Assembly (NCBI GenBank): GCA_963702425.1
Contig: CAVPCQ010000003.1
Coordinates: forward strand, 54,685-118,684
Reading direction: 5' to 3'
Length of the DNA stretch: 64,000 nt
Source: an uncultured Acidobacteriota bacterium
GTDB lineage: Bacteria > Acidobacteriota > Polarisedimenticolia > J045
The notes below the pieces were generated by a model, which saw only the letters and a list, made by a program, of their open reading frames with translations, ran no database searches and was not told where the DNA came from. The translations under genes and the position numbers were made by a program. Below are positions 39,540 through 49,277 of this stretch, in pieces. Position 1 is the stretch's first letter. Each line of letters begins with the position of its first letter.

Positions 39540-41435
39540 ATGCCAATGTCACTGCGCCGACCCCGGCTGTCCGCCGCGCTCCTGCTGCTCGCCGGGACCG
39601 CCCTGCTGGTGTTCGCCGCCGCCCCCCCCGCTGGCGTCCCCCTCCCCGGAACGCAGCCGCGCGACGGGAGCGGCGATCCGGCCTTTCCCCCGTTCGCCAA
39701 CCACGCCGAGCCGGGGCTGCTCGACGTGCCGGGACGCTGCAGCGTCTGCCACGGCGGCTACCGCGCGCCCGACGTCGCGCCTTTCGAGCCGCACGACACC
39801 TGGGCCGGCTCGCTGATGGCCAACGCCGCGCGCGACCCGCTCTTCTGGGCCGCGCTCGACGTTGCCAACCAGGACGACGCGAAGCTCGGCCACGTCGGCG
39901 TCGGCGACTTCTGCCTGCGCTGTCACGCTCCCAAGGCCTGGTACGAGGGGCGCTCGAGCTGCGAGAACGCATGGGGCCAGCCGTTCGACGGGAGCTGCCT
40001 GCAGGGCACGCCGGAGCGCAACAACACCGACTTCGAGGGGATCGTCTGCGCCAGCTGCCACCGGATGTACGACGCCTCGCAGCCACCGGAGGGGGAGTTC
40101 GCCGATCCGCGCGCGCCCTACGCCGGGAACGCGCAGATCTACCTCTCGCGGACGCCCGAACTGATGTTCGGCCCCTTCGCCGACTCCGTCCCGACCGGCC
40201 ACCAGTTCGCAGCGACGCCGTTCCAGCGCTCGGCCGCGCTCTGCGGGCAGTGCCACGACATCACGAACCCGGTGAAGAACCGCCGCGACGCGCAGAGCGG
40301 GGCCGATCTCGGCTACCGCTTCCCGATCGAGCGGACCTACCGCGAGTGGCAGCAGTCGGAGTACGCGCGCGCCGGCTCGCGCGTCGCCGCGACCTGCCAG
40401 GCCTGTCACATGCCGCGGCCCGACCTCGACGCCGACGGCCGGGCCGACGCCGCGACGGCCTGCTCGTCGCCGCCCGGCCCGCGCGGGACGGGCACGGAGC
40501 TCGAGGGCCCCTACCGCACCCACCAGTTCCAGGGCGCGAACGTCTTCATGCTCGATCTGCTGGCGGGCGAGTACGGCGTGCCGCTGCGACGCACCGCGGC
40601 CTACGCGCAAGCGCGCACGGCGACGCTCGACCTGCTGCAGCAGCGGACCGCCGAGCTGCGCGTCTCCGCGACCCGGCTGGTCTTCTCCCGCCGCTATCTC
40701 CCGGTCGACGTGCGGGTCACCAACCTTGGCGGGCACAAGTTCCCGACCGGTTACACTGAGGGGCGGCGCGCCTGGCTCGAGGTCGCGGCGGGGATCGACG
40801 CCGACCGCGACGGCTCGCTCACCGAGGCCGAGACGAACTGGTCCTCGGGCCGCTACGACGCCGCCAGCGCGACGCTGCTCGACGACCCCCACCTCAAGGT
40901 CTACGAGGCGAAGCACGGGGTGTTCGACTACAACGGCAACGGCCGCTGCGACACCGTGGACGCCGCCACGGGACACGAGATGTTCCACTTCGTGCTCAAC
41001 GACTGCGTCGTCAAGGACAACCGGATCCCTCCGCGCGGGTTCCGGCCGGACGCCGAGACCGAGCCGGTCGGCGCCCGCTTCGCGAACGATCCCGCGAGCG
41101 GCGGGCTGGCGAACTGGGACGACACCCGCTACCCGGTCTGGATCCCCGCCCGGGCCACCGGCTCGATGCTCGTGCGCGTCCGGCTCTGGCACCAGGTCGT
41201 GCCGCGCGAGTACTCCCGCTTCCTCGCCGCCGAGAGCCGCTCAACCTGCGATCCGTTCGACTATGGGTGCGACCCGACCCAGCCCGACGAGCGGCCCAAC
41301 CGCGGCGAGAAATTCGCTGCGCTTTGGGAAGCCTACGGCCGCTCCGAGCCGGTGCTGATCGACGAGGCGGTGGTAACGATCGACGTCCGCCCGCGGACGC
41401 AGTGGCTGCACCGCAGTGGGGGACAGCAACCGTAA
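39540..41435 (+). CDS. secreted multiheme cytochrome c (5 CxxCH)
   Basis: Signal peptide; CSVCH, CLRCH, CASCH, CGQCH, CQACH; GHKFPTG. Confidence 0.88.
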   Translation: MPMSLRRPRLSAALLLLAGTALLVFAAAPPAGVPLPGTQPRDGSGDPAFPPFANHAEPGLLDVPGRCSVCHGGYRAPDVAPFEPHDTWAGSLMANAARDPLFWAALDVANQDDAKLGHVGVGDFCLRCHAPKAWYEGRSSCENAWGQPFDGSCLQGTPERNNTDFEGIVCASCHRMYDASQPPEGEFADPRAPYAGNAQIYLSRTPELMFGPFADSVPTGHQFAATPFQRSAALCGQCHDITNPVKNRRDAQSGADLGYRFPIERTYREWQQSEYARAGSRVAATCQACHMPRPDLDADGRADAATACSSPPGPRGTGTELEGPYRTHQFQGANVFMLDLLAGEYGVPLRRTAAYAQARTATLDLLQQRTAELRVSATRLVFSRRYLPVDVRVTNLGGHKFPTGYTEGRRAWLEVAAGIDADRDGSLTEAETNWSSGRYDAASATLLDDPHLKVYEAKHGVFDYNGNGRCDTVDAATGHEMFHFVLNDCVVKDNRIPPRGFRPDAETEPVGARFANDPASGGLANWDDTRYPVWIPARATGSMLVRVRLWHQVVPREYSRFLAAESRSTCDPFDYGCDPTQPDERPNRGEKFAALWEAYGRSEPVLIDEAVVTIDVRPRTQWLHRSGGQQP

Positions 41436-41479
41436 GCCGGTAGGCCGGTCGAATCGGGGACAGCAACCGTAAGCCGGTA
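41419..41479. repeat. 24-bp direct repeat x2 (dispersed repeat family)
   Basis: GGGGACAGCAACCGTAAGCCGGTA at 41419 and 41456; related copies at 49279-49369. Confidence 0.85.
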
Positions 41480-41489
41480 AGTCGTCCGC

Positions 41490-42491
41490 TCAACCCATCG
41501 CCGCGATCAACGCGTCCGCGTACTGCCGCGTCGACGCCGACCCGCCGAGGTCGCCCGTACGGACCTTGCCGTCGCCCAGCACCCGCCGCACCGCGTCCTC
41601 GACGCGGTCCGCGGCCGCGCCCTCGCCGAGATGCCGAAGCATCATCACCCCCGAGAGCAGGAGCGCGGTCGGGTTGGCGATCCCCTTCCCCGCGATGTCG
41701 GGGGCCGAGCCGTGGACCGCCTCGAAGAGCGCGACCGACTCGCCGATGTTCCCCGACGGCGCCAGCCCGAGGCCCCCGACGAGCCCCGCGGCCAGGTCGG
41801 AGAGGATGTCGCCAAAGAGGTTCTCCATCACCAGGACGTCGAACTGCTTCGGGTCCATCACGAGCCGCATCGCCGTGGCATCGACGATCGACTCGGCGTA
41901 CTCGATCTCGGGGAACTCCTCCGCGATCCGGCGCGCGATCGTCAGGAACAGCCCGTCGCTCAGCTTGAGGATGTTGGCCTTGTGGATCGCCGTCACCTTG
42001 CGCCGCCCTTCGCGCCGCGCGACCTCGAAGGCGAAGCGCAGGATCCGCTCCGAGCCGGTCGCGGTGACGATCCGCAGGCTCTCGATCACCCCCGGCACGA
42101 CCTGGTGCTCGATCCCGCTGTAGAGCCCTTCCGTGTTCTCGCGCACGACGATCAGGTCGACGTCCGTGAAGCGCGTGGGCACGCCCGGCATCGACCGTGC
42201 GGGGCGGTAGTTGGCGTACAGGTCGAAGGCCTTGCGCAGCGCGACGTTGACCGACGGGAAGCCGCCGCCGACCGGTGTCGTGATCGGGCCCTTGAGCCCG
42301 ACGCGCGTCGCCTCGAGGGAGGCCAGCGTCGCGGGCGGCAGCGGGGTGCCGGTGGCCTCGAACGGGCCGAGTCCGGCCGGCACCTCGTGCCAGGCGATCA
42401 CCGCGCCGGAGGCGTCGATGATGCGGCGCGTCGCATCGGCCACTTCGGGGCCGATCCCGTCACCGGGGATCAGGGTCACCTCGTGGGGCAT
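41490..42491 (-). CDS. isocitrate/isopropylmalate dehydrogenase family (NAD-IDH-like)
   Basis: IPGDGIGPEV, SVNVALRK, RENTEG, NLFGDILSDL, FEAVHGSAPDIAGK. Confidence 0.9.
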   Translation of the reverse strand: MPHEVTLIPGDGIGPEVADATRRIIDASGAVIAWHEVPAGLGPFEATGTPLPPATLASLEATRVGLKGPITTPVGGGFPSVNVALRKAFDLYANYRPARSMPGVPTRFTDVDLIVVRENTEGLYSGIEHQVVPGVIESLRIVTATGSERILRFAFEVARREGRRKVTAIHKANILKLSDGLFLTIARRIAEEFPEIEYAESIVDATAMRLVMDPKQFDVLVMENLFGDILSDLAAGLVGGLGLAPSGNIGESVALFEAVHGSAPDIAGKGIANPTALLLSGVMMLRHLGEGAAADRVEDAVRRVLGDGKVRTGDLGGSASTRQYADALIAAMG

Positions 42492-42509
42492 CGCGCTCCT
42501 TTCTCACCC

Positions 42510-42552
42510 CCGGCGTAGCCCGGCGTAGCCCGGCGCAGCCTGGCGAAGCCGG
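42510..42552. repeat. 10-bp tandem repeat (CCGGCGTAGC-like) x4
   Basis: cggcgtagcc cggcgtagcc cggcgcagcc tggcgaagcc. Confidence 0.7.
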
Positions 42553-42553
42553 C

Positions 42554-43297
42554 TCAACCGAAAACGGTCTCGAGCTTGACGTAGGCGGAGTGCATCGTCT
42601 CGGCCGCGGCCTTGGCCTTCGCCGCGTCCCCGGTCGCCACCGCGGCAGCGAAGGCGTCGACTTCGCGGCCGAGCGCCGCGCGGGCCTCTTCGTAGGCGGC
42701 GGTCTTCGGCGCGAACCGCTCCGGCAGCGGAGCCTTGGCCAGGGCCGCCATCTTCTCCTGCAGCTGCGGGACGGTGGCCTTCACCGCCGCCGCGTCGTAG
42801 GGATCGAGCTGGTGGTGATAGAGCGGGTAGAGAACCTGGTGGAAGGCGTCGAGCTCCTTCGTCACCGGGCGGATCGTGCGCACCAGCTTCTCGAACTGCG
42901 TGTGCAGCGCCTCGGCCGCAGCCAGGAGGCGCGCGTCGTCGCCCGACGCGGCGGCGGTCTCGTAGTCGGCGACCGTCTTCTCCAGCGCCGCGACCCCCTG
43001 CTTCCACGCGGCCTCCTTGTCGCGCAGGATCCCGGGCAGCGGCGCCGCCGCGACCTTGGCCGCGCCGGCCTTCACTTGCGGCAGCAGCGCCTCGAGCTGG
43101 GCGATGTCCTTGGCCGGCCAGGCCTCGTGCCAGATCGTGGCGATCACCTCGTGGAAGGCGAACAGCTCGGGGACCTGCCAGCTGGTCTCGGCGTGGGCCG
43201 GAGGCGCGGCCGCCGGCATCTGTTCGGCGTAGGCGCCGGAGACCGCAGTGATTACCGCACAGAGGAGGAGTGTTAGGGTGGCCCGTCGGGTGCGCAT
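42554..43297 (-). CDS. secreted helical protein with internal duplication
   Basis: Signal peptide (AYA|E); two halves ELFAFHEV..WH..LH and ELDAFHQV..YH..MH. Confidence 0.75.
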   Translation of the reverse strand: MRTRRATLTLLLCAVITAVSGAYAEQMPAAAPPAHAETSWQVPELFAFHEVIATIWHEAWPAKDIAQLEALLPQVKAGAAKVAAAPLPGILRDKEAAWKQGVAALEKTVADYETAAASGDDARLLAAAEALHTQFEKLVRTIRPVTKELDAFHQVLYPLYHHQLDPYDAAAVKATVPQLQEKMAALAKAPLPERFAPKTAAYEEARAALGREVDAFAAAVATGDAAKAKAAAETMHSAYVKLETVFG

Positions 43298-43325
43298 CGA
43301 TCGTCCTTTCGTGGGGGTGGAGATT

Positions 43326-44384
43326 CTACCCGCACTCCAGTACGAACTTCCCGCCGCGTGCGGCCTCCTCCAGCGCCCGCCCTGCCTCGGCCAGCGGGAA
43401 CGAGGCCTCGATCAGCGCGTCGAGCGGCAGCGGGTGGCGCTCGAGGAAGGCAAGCGCTTCGGCGAACGAGCCGCAGCGCGAGCCCTGCAGCCGGACCTCG
43501 TTCACGACCGCCCGCGTCAGGTCGAAGCGCGCCACGGGCTGCCCGGGCGTCGACTTGAGCGCGACCGTGCCGCGAGGCCGGACCAGGTCGAGCGCGGTCG
43601 CGAGCCCCTCGGCGCTTCCGGTCGCCTCGACGACGAGGTCCGCGCCGCAACCGTCCGACAGGGACCGGACGCGGTCGAGCAGCGCCGACGGCGCGGCGGC
43701 GAGCGGGTCGTCCGGCGCGACCCGCGCGGAGATGTCGGCGACCTCGACCGCGAGTCCGAAGGGCGCGAGCCGCTGCCGCGTCCGCTCGCGGCCGACGGCG
43801 ACGACGCGCGCGCCGAGCCGCTCGGCGACCAGCGCGATCAGCGCCCCGAGCCGGCCGGCACCCAGCACCACGACCAGCTCGCCGGGGGCGACCGGTGACA
43901 GCGCAACGGCCTGCAGCGCCGCCGCGAACGGCTCGACCAGCACCGCCGCGTCGTCGTCGAGCGAATCCGGCAGCGCGACCAGCGTTCCCACCGGCACGAC
44001 GATCTCCTCCGCGAACGCGCCGTCGGCGCCGGCGATCCCGGTCACCGTCCGCGTCGCGCAGTGGGTCGGGAGCGCGCGCGCGCAGAGCGGGCAGAGCTGC
44101 TCCGTGCCGCGCGCGGCGCAGTGGCGACTGATCTCCGCGGTGACGCGCCGGCCGAGCCAGGGCTCGTCGGTCCGGCGCGCCACCTCGATCACCTCGCCCG
44201 ACCATTCGTGGCCGAGGACCAATGGGAGCGGCACGCGGTAGTCGCCGCGGTAGATCGCGACATCGGTCCCGCAGATGCCGGCCCGTCGCACGCGGGCGCG
44301 GGCGTCGCCGGGCGCGAGTGCCGGGCGGGGCCGCTCCTCGAGCCGGAGCTCGAGCGGGGCGGCGAGGACGGTGGCTCTCGGCAT
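43326..44384 (-). CDS. zinc-dependent (MDR) alcohol dehydrogenase
   Basis: GICGTD, GHEWSG, Cys cluster, EPFAAA, GAGRLG. Confidence 0.9.
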   Translation of the reverse strand: MPRATVLAAPLELRLEERPRPALAPGDARARVRRAGICGTDVAIYRGDYRVPLPLVLGHEWSGEVIEVARRTDEPWLGRRVTAEISRHCAARGTEQLCPLCARALPTHCATRTVTGIAGADGAFAEEIVVPVGTLVALPDSLDDDAAVLVEPFAAALQAVALSPVAPGELVVVLGAGRLGALIALVAERLGARVVAVGRERTRQRLAPFGLAVEVADISARVAPDDPLAAAPSALLDRVRSLSDGCGADLVVEATGSAEGLATALDLVRPRGTVALKSTPGQPVARFDLTRAVVNEVRLQGSRCGSFAEALAFLERHPLPLDALIEASFPLAEAGRALEEAARGGKFVLECG

Positions 44385-44749
44385 CCGGCCGGCCCTCCCG
44401 TTACGCCCGCGCCCGGAGGGGTGCAGCGACCGGGCCGATGAAGGCCGTATGCACGAAGTCCGGGAAGATCTCGCCGTCGTTCTCGAGCCACGGTTCGTGC
44501 GGGATCCAGCGCGCGAGGGCGAAGAGGGCGCCGGCGAGGCCCAGGCAGGCCAAGGTGAAGACCAGCGGCCCGCGGCCAATTGACGGGCCCCAGGCGGTCA
44601 CCGCGACGGCGCTGAGCTGCGCAGCCGGCCAGACCAGGACGGGAACGATCGCCTCGACGTGCCCTTCCAACGGCTCTCCCGGAGAGAGGAGCGATTGTAC
44701 CCGGAGCCTGCGCCGGAGCCCTTTCCCGGCCCCCGGACGCGGCCGTTTC

Positions 44750-44779
44750 TTGACAGCCCCCTCCCCGCCCCGCTAGCCT
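44750..44779 (+). promoter_or_regulatory. sigma70 promoter, probably giving a leaderless transcript
   Basis: TTGACA-18 bp-TAGCCT, with the GTG start 7 nt downstream. Confidence 0.55.
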
Positions 44780-44786
44780 CCGCCGC

Positions 44787-45077
44787 GTGAAGCCCCTCGT
44801 GCGGGAACGGCTGCAGTCCTGGATCGCGCTGCTCGGCGTGCTGGCGCTCGCCGTCACGATCCTCGCCCCGTTCGTGCACCACCACGGCCTCGCCGACGAG
44901 CACTTCGCGTGCCCCGTCTGCCAGATCGCGTCGCACCACGGCGCCGTCCTCCCGAACAGCGCCGCGGTTCCCGCGCCGGACGCCGGCGCGAGGCCGATCC
45001 GGGCCTCCGAGGCGTCGCTCCCCGGCTTTGCGCCGCTCTTCGCCCTCCCCGATCCGCGCGGCCCGCCGCTCGCCTGA
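44787..45077 (+). CDS. DUF2946-like CxxC/His-rich leader protein with RGPP arrest-type motif
   Basis: TM segment, HHHGLADEHFACPVCQIASHH, C-terminal DPRGPPLA*. Confidence 0.75.
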   Translation: MKPLVRERLQSWIALLGVLALAVTILAPFVHHHGLADEHFACPVCQIASHHGAVLPNSAAVPAPDAGARPIRASEASLPGFAPLFALPDPRGPPLA

Positions 45078-45158
45078 GCTGTTGCGTGCTTCGTGTCGCC
45101 GCGTGTCCTCGCGGACGCGCGCGCCGTTTGCCTTGGATCGAAAACGAGGACGAAAGAG

Positions 45159-46565
45159 ATGCGCAAGACGATCGCGACCCCGCTCGCGCTCCTGTTCGCG
45201 GCGACGTGTGCCGCGGGCGCGAGCCTGGCCCAGACCGAACCGGCGGCCTCGCCGCCGCCACCACCCGCAGTCTCCCCGGCCCCGGCGCCGGCGCCGGCCC
45301 CAGCGCCGATCACCGCCACCGGCCCCCGTGGCCCGGTCGACCCGGTGGGACTGGTCCCCTACAACGTGCTGGGCGACAGCAGCGCCAGCGTCTCCTCCGG
45401 GTCGTCGTTCAATCCGATGATCTCGGTCATCTTCGACGGCGTCTTCTACCGCGACGACGTCGGCGGCGCCGGCTCGGAGATCCTCTCCGAGGCCGACGGC
45501 TTTCACCTGCACGGCGGCGAGGCAGGTCACTCCCACGGCACGTCGGAGGAGGGGTTCTCGATCCGCGAGACCGAGATCGCTTTCAGCGGCACGGTCGACC
45601 CCTACTTCGACCTGTGGGCGATCCTCGCCGTCGCCGGCGACGGGATCGAGGTCGAAGAGGTCTACGCCCAAACGCGGTTCATTCCCGGCTTCCAGATCAA
45701 GGCCGGCCAGTTCTACAGCGGGATCGGCTACGAGAACTCGCAGCATCCGCACCAGTGGGATTTCGTCAACACCTCGCTCCCCTACGAGCTGATCTTCGGG
45801 GGCTCCCTCAACGAGGCCGGCCTGCAGCTCAACTGGCTGCCGAAGCTGCCCTTCTACACCCGGATCGGGATCGAGGCGGTGCAGGGGGAGAACCCCGCGG
45901 TGGCTTCCTACATCGGCGGCGGCGACGACACGCCGTACTTCGAGAGCGCGGCCGGACCGCGGCTCTTCAACGCCTTCGTCAAGGTCGCCCCCGACGTCGG
46001 CTACAGCAACGCGCTGCAGGTCGGCGGCTTCTACGGTACCGGCCGCACTCACCAGGAGCTGCACGACGAGGACGAGGACGGCGTGATCGACGAGGCCTTC
46101 CAGGGCACGACCGAATTCTGGGGGTTGGATGTCGTCTACAAGTACGACTCCCCCAGGGAGTACGGCCAGGGCGATCTGACGCTGCAGGGCGAGTACATCG
46201 CGCGCGGCCGCGACCTCGACCTGGTGGCCGAAGCGGGCGAAGCGGTGGAGCCGGTGCCGTACTCGTTCGACCAGGACGCGTTCTACGTCCAGGGGGTCTA
46301 CGGATTCGCGCCGCGCTGGACGCTCGGCCTGCGCTACGACCAGGCCGGCTCGACCAACGAGGTCCGGGGCGGCGACGAATCCGAGGACTTCGGCACGACT
46401 TCCCGGTGGTCCGGAGACGTGACGTTCAACCCGACCGAGTTCTCCCGCGTGCGGGTGCAGTACGATCGGTCGGACGTCGCCGTCGACGGCGGCGCCGAGC
46501 AGGTCAACGCCTATTACCTGCAGCTCCAGATCAGTCTCGGCGCGCACGGCGCGCACAAGTTCTGA
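45159..46565 (+). CDS. putative metal (Zn)-regulated outer-membrane beta-barrel/porin
   Basis: Signal peptide, FNPMISV, HLHGGEAGHSH, VDPYFD, QHPHQWDF, terminal GAHGAHKF. Confidence 0.8.
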   Translation: MRKTIATPLALLFAATCAAGASLAQTEPAASPPPPPAVSPAPAPAPAPAPITATGPRGPVDPVGLVPYNVLGDSSASVSSGSSFNPMISVIFDGVFYRDDVGGAGSEILSEADGFHLHGGEAGHSHGTSEEGFSIRETEIAFSGTVDPYFDLWAILAVAGDGIEVEEVYAQTRFIPGFQIKAGQFYSGIGYENSQHPHQWDFVNTSLPYELIFGGSLNEAGLQLNWLPKLPFYTRIGIEAVQGENPAVASYIGGGDDTPYFESAAGPRLFNAFVKVAPDVGYSNALQVGGFYGTGRTHQELHDEDEDGVIDEAFQGTTEFWGLDVVYKYDSPREYGQGDLTLQGEYIARGRDLDLVAEAGEAVEPVPYSFDQDAFYVQGVYGFAPRWTLGLRYDQAGSTNEVRGGDESEDFGTTSRWSGDVTFNPTEFSRVRVQYDRSDVAVDGGAEQVNAYYLQLQISLGAHGAHKF

Positions 46566-46577
46566 GGAGGGATCGCC

Positions 46578-47468
46578 ATGCGAAAGCTCGTCCTCACTGC
46601 GCTCTTCGTGCTCGCCGCCGCCCCCTCCGCCGAGGCCAGGCTCAACCTCGTCGCAACGACTTCCAGCATGGGGATGCTGGCCAGGACGGTCGGCGGCGAC
46701 CAGGTCAAGGTCACCGTCCTCGCGCCGCCCGACCGCGACGCCCACTACCTGCTCGCCAAACCGAGCATGATGATCGCGCTGCGCAACGCCAACCTGCTCG
46801 TCTCGGTCGGCGCCGAGCTGGAACAGGGCTGGCTCCCGGCAGCCATTCAGAGCGCCAACAACCCGAAGATCCTCGTCGGGCAGCCCGGCTACTTCGAAGG
46901 TGCCGCGCAGATCGACCTGATCGAGAAGGGCGGCGTCGCCGACCGTTCCAAAGGCGACGTCCACCCGCTCGGAAACCCTCACTTCTACATGGACCCCGAG
47001 CGGATGGCGCAGATCGCGGGCGCGCTCGCCCTGCGGCTCGGCAAGCTCGACCCGGCCCACGCCGCCGAGTTCGACGCGCGTGCCGCGTCGTTCGCGAAGG
47101 CGGTCGAGGCCCGGGTGCCGCCCTGGAAGCAGCGGGCGGCCGGCGCGCCAGGGGTCGTCTTCTACCACAAGGACGGCAACTATCTGACGAGCCTGCTCGA
47201 GGTCCCGGTGCTCGGCTACGTCGAGCCGCTGCCCGGGATCCCGCCGTCCGCGTCGTCGCTCAAGGAGCTGGTGACCAGCCTTTCCGGGAAGAAGGGGGTG
47301 ATCCTCTACACCACCTTCCAATCGTCGGATGGCCCGGCGTTCCTCGGCAAGAGCCTCGGCTGGAACGCCCAGCAGCTGCCGCTCGAGGTCGCGCTCGACG
47401 GCGACGCCGCGGCCTACCTCGACCTGATCGACAAGTGGGTCACGGCGGTGGCAAGCTCGCGCTCGTGA
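46578..47468 (+). CDS. Zn/Mn ABC transporter substrate-binding protein (ZnuA/TroA-like)
   Basis: DAHY, GAELEQGWL, GDVHPLGNPHF, PGIPPS. Confidence 0.9.
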   Translation: MRKLVLTALFVLAAAPSAEARLNLVATTSSMGMLARTVGGDQVKVTVLAPPDRDAHYLLAKPSMMIALRNANLLVSVGAELEQGWLPAAIQSANNPKILVGQPGYFEGAAQIDLIEKGGVADRSKGDVHPLGNPHFYMDPERMAQIAGALALRLGKLDPAHAAEFDARAASFAKAVEARVPPWKQRAAGAPGVVFYHKDGNYLTSLLEVPVLGYVEPLPGIPPSASSLKELVTSLSGKKGVILYTTFQSSDGPAFLGKSLGWNAQQLPLEVALDGDAAAYLDLIDKWVTAVASSRS

Positions 47469-48031
47469 GCGAGCCCCTGCTGCAGGTCGCGGATCTCGTC
47501 GCCGGATACAGGGGGCCCGTCGTGGGCCCCCTGTCGTTCGCGGTCCGCGCGGGCGAGATCGTCGGCCTGACCGGTCCCAACGGCTGCGGCAAGTCGACGA
47601 TCCTGCGCGCGATCATCGGCTCGGTGCGCGTCTTCTCCGGCTCGGTCGAGCGGCGTCCGGGGACGCGCGTGATGGTCCAGACCCAGCGGCCGGTCAAGCT
47701 GCCGGAGATGCCGATCACGGGGCACGAGCTGCTCCACCTGACGCGCGCCAAGGACCGCGACGCCCCGCCCGCGCTGCAGGCGCTGCTCGACCCGCGCGTC
47801 GACCGCCTGTCGGGCGGGCAGTTCCAGCTGCTGCAGGTCTGGGCCGCACTCGGCAGCCCGGCCGACCTGGTCTACCTCGACGAGCCGACCAACAACATGG
47901 ATCCGGGGACGATCGAGACGCTGGGCGACCTGCTGCTGGCCTGGCGCGAGCAGCGCGGCGTGCTGGTCGTGACGCACGAGCACGAATTCCTGGAACGCAT
48001 CGCGACGACGATCGTCGAGGTCGGCGCGTGA
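47465..48031 (+). CDS. ABC transporter ATP-binding protein
   Basis: GPNGCGKST, LSGGQ, LDEP, VTH. Confidence 0.9.
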   Translation: MSEPLLQVADLVAGYRGPVVGPLSFAVRAGEIVGLTGPNGCGKSTILRAIIGSVRVFSGSVERRPGTRVMVQTQRPVKLPEMPITGHELLHLTRAKDRDAPPALQALLDPRVDRLSGGQFQLLQVWAALGSPADLVYLDEPTNNMDPGTIETLGDLLLAWREQRGVLVVTHEHEFLERIATTIVEVGA

Positions 48032-48816
48032 ACATCGGGCTCGTCTTCGATCGGCTGTTCCTGCTGCCGTTCCTGAACGGGCTGGCACTGGCGCTGCTGC
48101 TGCCGGTGCTCGGCTGCTACATCCGGCTGCGCGAGGAGTGGCTGGCGGCGCTCGGCCTGGCGCAGGCGGCCGCGGCGGGCGTCGTGCTTGGCGGGATGTT
48201 CCTCGAGCCGGTGCTGCTCGTTGCGCTCGTCGCGGCGGCGCTGGCGGCCGCGGCCAAGGCTCTCGTCGGCCGGACCGGCAACGATGCCTACGCGGTGATG
48301 ATCCTCTTCGGCTGGAGCGTCGCGCTGATCGCTGCGGCCAACTCGGTCCACGGCGACGACCTGTCGCGCGCGCTGATCCAGGGGCAGCTCTACTTCACCG
48401 GACTGCCGCACCTCGAGGGGCTGGGTTCGCTCGTGTTGGTGACCGCGGCGGTTCTCCCCTGGATTTCGCGTCGGCTGCTCCTGGGCCGATTCTTCCCGGA
48501 CTTCTTCCGCGCCAACGGCCTCGGGACCCCGCACCACGACGTCGTCTTCGATCTGCTCGTCGCGGTGACGCTGGCCTTCGCCGCGACGGCGATCGGAGTC
48601 TTCGCGGCCTTCGCGCTGGTCTTCGTGCCGCCCTGGATCGCCTTCCGATTCGCGCCGGGCTGGAAGAAGACGCTGATCGGCAGCGTCGCGGTCGCGGTGG
48701 CCTGCTACCTGGTCGCGTTCGCGGCGGCGATCCTGCTCGACCAGCCGTTCGGGCCGGTGCTGGTCGCGGTGCTGCTCGTCGCCTCGCTCGCCCGGCTGCT
48801 GCGCCGGCACCACTGA
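48028..48816 (+). CDS. metal ABC transporter permease (ZnuB-like)
   Basis: Multi-TM; overlaps the ATPase stop codon. Confidence 0.85.
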   Translation: MNIGLVFDRLFLLPFLNGLALALLLPVLGCYIRLREEWLAALGLAQAAAAGVVLGGMFLEPVLLVALVAAALAAAAKALVGRTGNDAYAVMILFGWSVALIAAANSVHGDDLSRALIQGQLYFTGLPHLEGLGSLVLVTAAVLPWISRRLLLGRFFPDFFRANGLGTPHHDVVFDLLVAVTLAFAATAIGVFAAFALVFVPPWIAFRFAPGWKKTLIGSVAVAVACYLVAFAAAILLDQPFGPVLVAVLLVASLARLLRRHH

Positions 48817-48862
48817 ACCGGAGCGGGGCCGGGGCCGGGCCGCGTGCGCCACGCGCAGGCGC

Positions 48863-49225
48863 TCAGCGGGCGGCGAGCCAGAGGACGACCAGGGCCAGCA
48901 GCACCGCGTCGATCGCCAGCGCGGCCAGCATGACGAAGGCCAGGCGACGGTTGGCGCGCCACAGGAGGACCGCCTCGCGCACGGGCGCGCCGCCGGCGCG
49001 CTCGGGGTCGGCGTAGACCTCCTCGAGACCGGGCGGGATGCGCCACGGAACCCAGCCGGCGAGCGCCCCGTCGTCGTAGGCCGGTCCCCCGGCGCGGCCG
49101 GTCTCGCGCAGCGCCCGCACGACCTCGCTGTGCAGCGCCGGCGTGCGGGCCGCCGCGAGCATGAACATGCCGAAGCTCGGCGCCAGGACGAAAACGACGA
49201 TCAGCAGCAGGATGGCCGGGTCCAC
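48863..49225 (-). CDS. small membrane protein, hypothetical
   Basis: GAGGAG RBS, GTG start, two TM segments. Confidence 0.55.
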   Translation of the reverse strand: MDPAILLLIVVFVLAPSFGMFMLAAARTPALHSEVVRALRETGRAGGPAYDDGALAGWVPWRIPPGLEEVYADPERAGGAPVREAVLLWRANRRLAFVMLAALAIDAVLLALVVLWLAAR

Positions 49226-49277
49226 CGCCGCGCGCTCCTCAGGTCGGCCCGAATCGGGCAAGTCAGTTTCGCACAAA

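Noticed and set aside
34593-39540. Long N-terminal extensions on the lipid kinase (ORF to 38252) and the cytochrome (ORF from 38469)
   Set aside because: The extensions overlap real upstream genes in other frames; the true starts are 35558 and 39540
41419-41479. Possible CRISPR array
   Set aside because: Only two repeats with a 13-nt spacer and no cas genes
44401-44670. 89-aa hydrophobic ORF
   Set aside because: TTG start and no recognisable family; may be a gene fragment, not enough support
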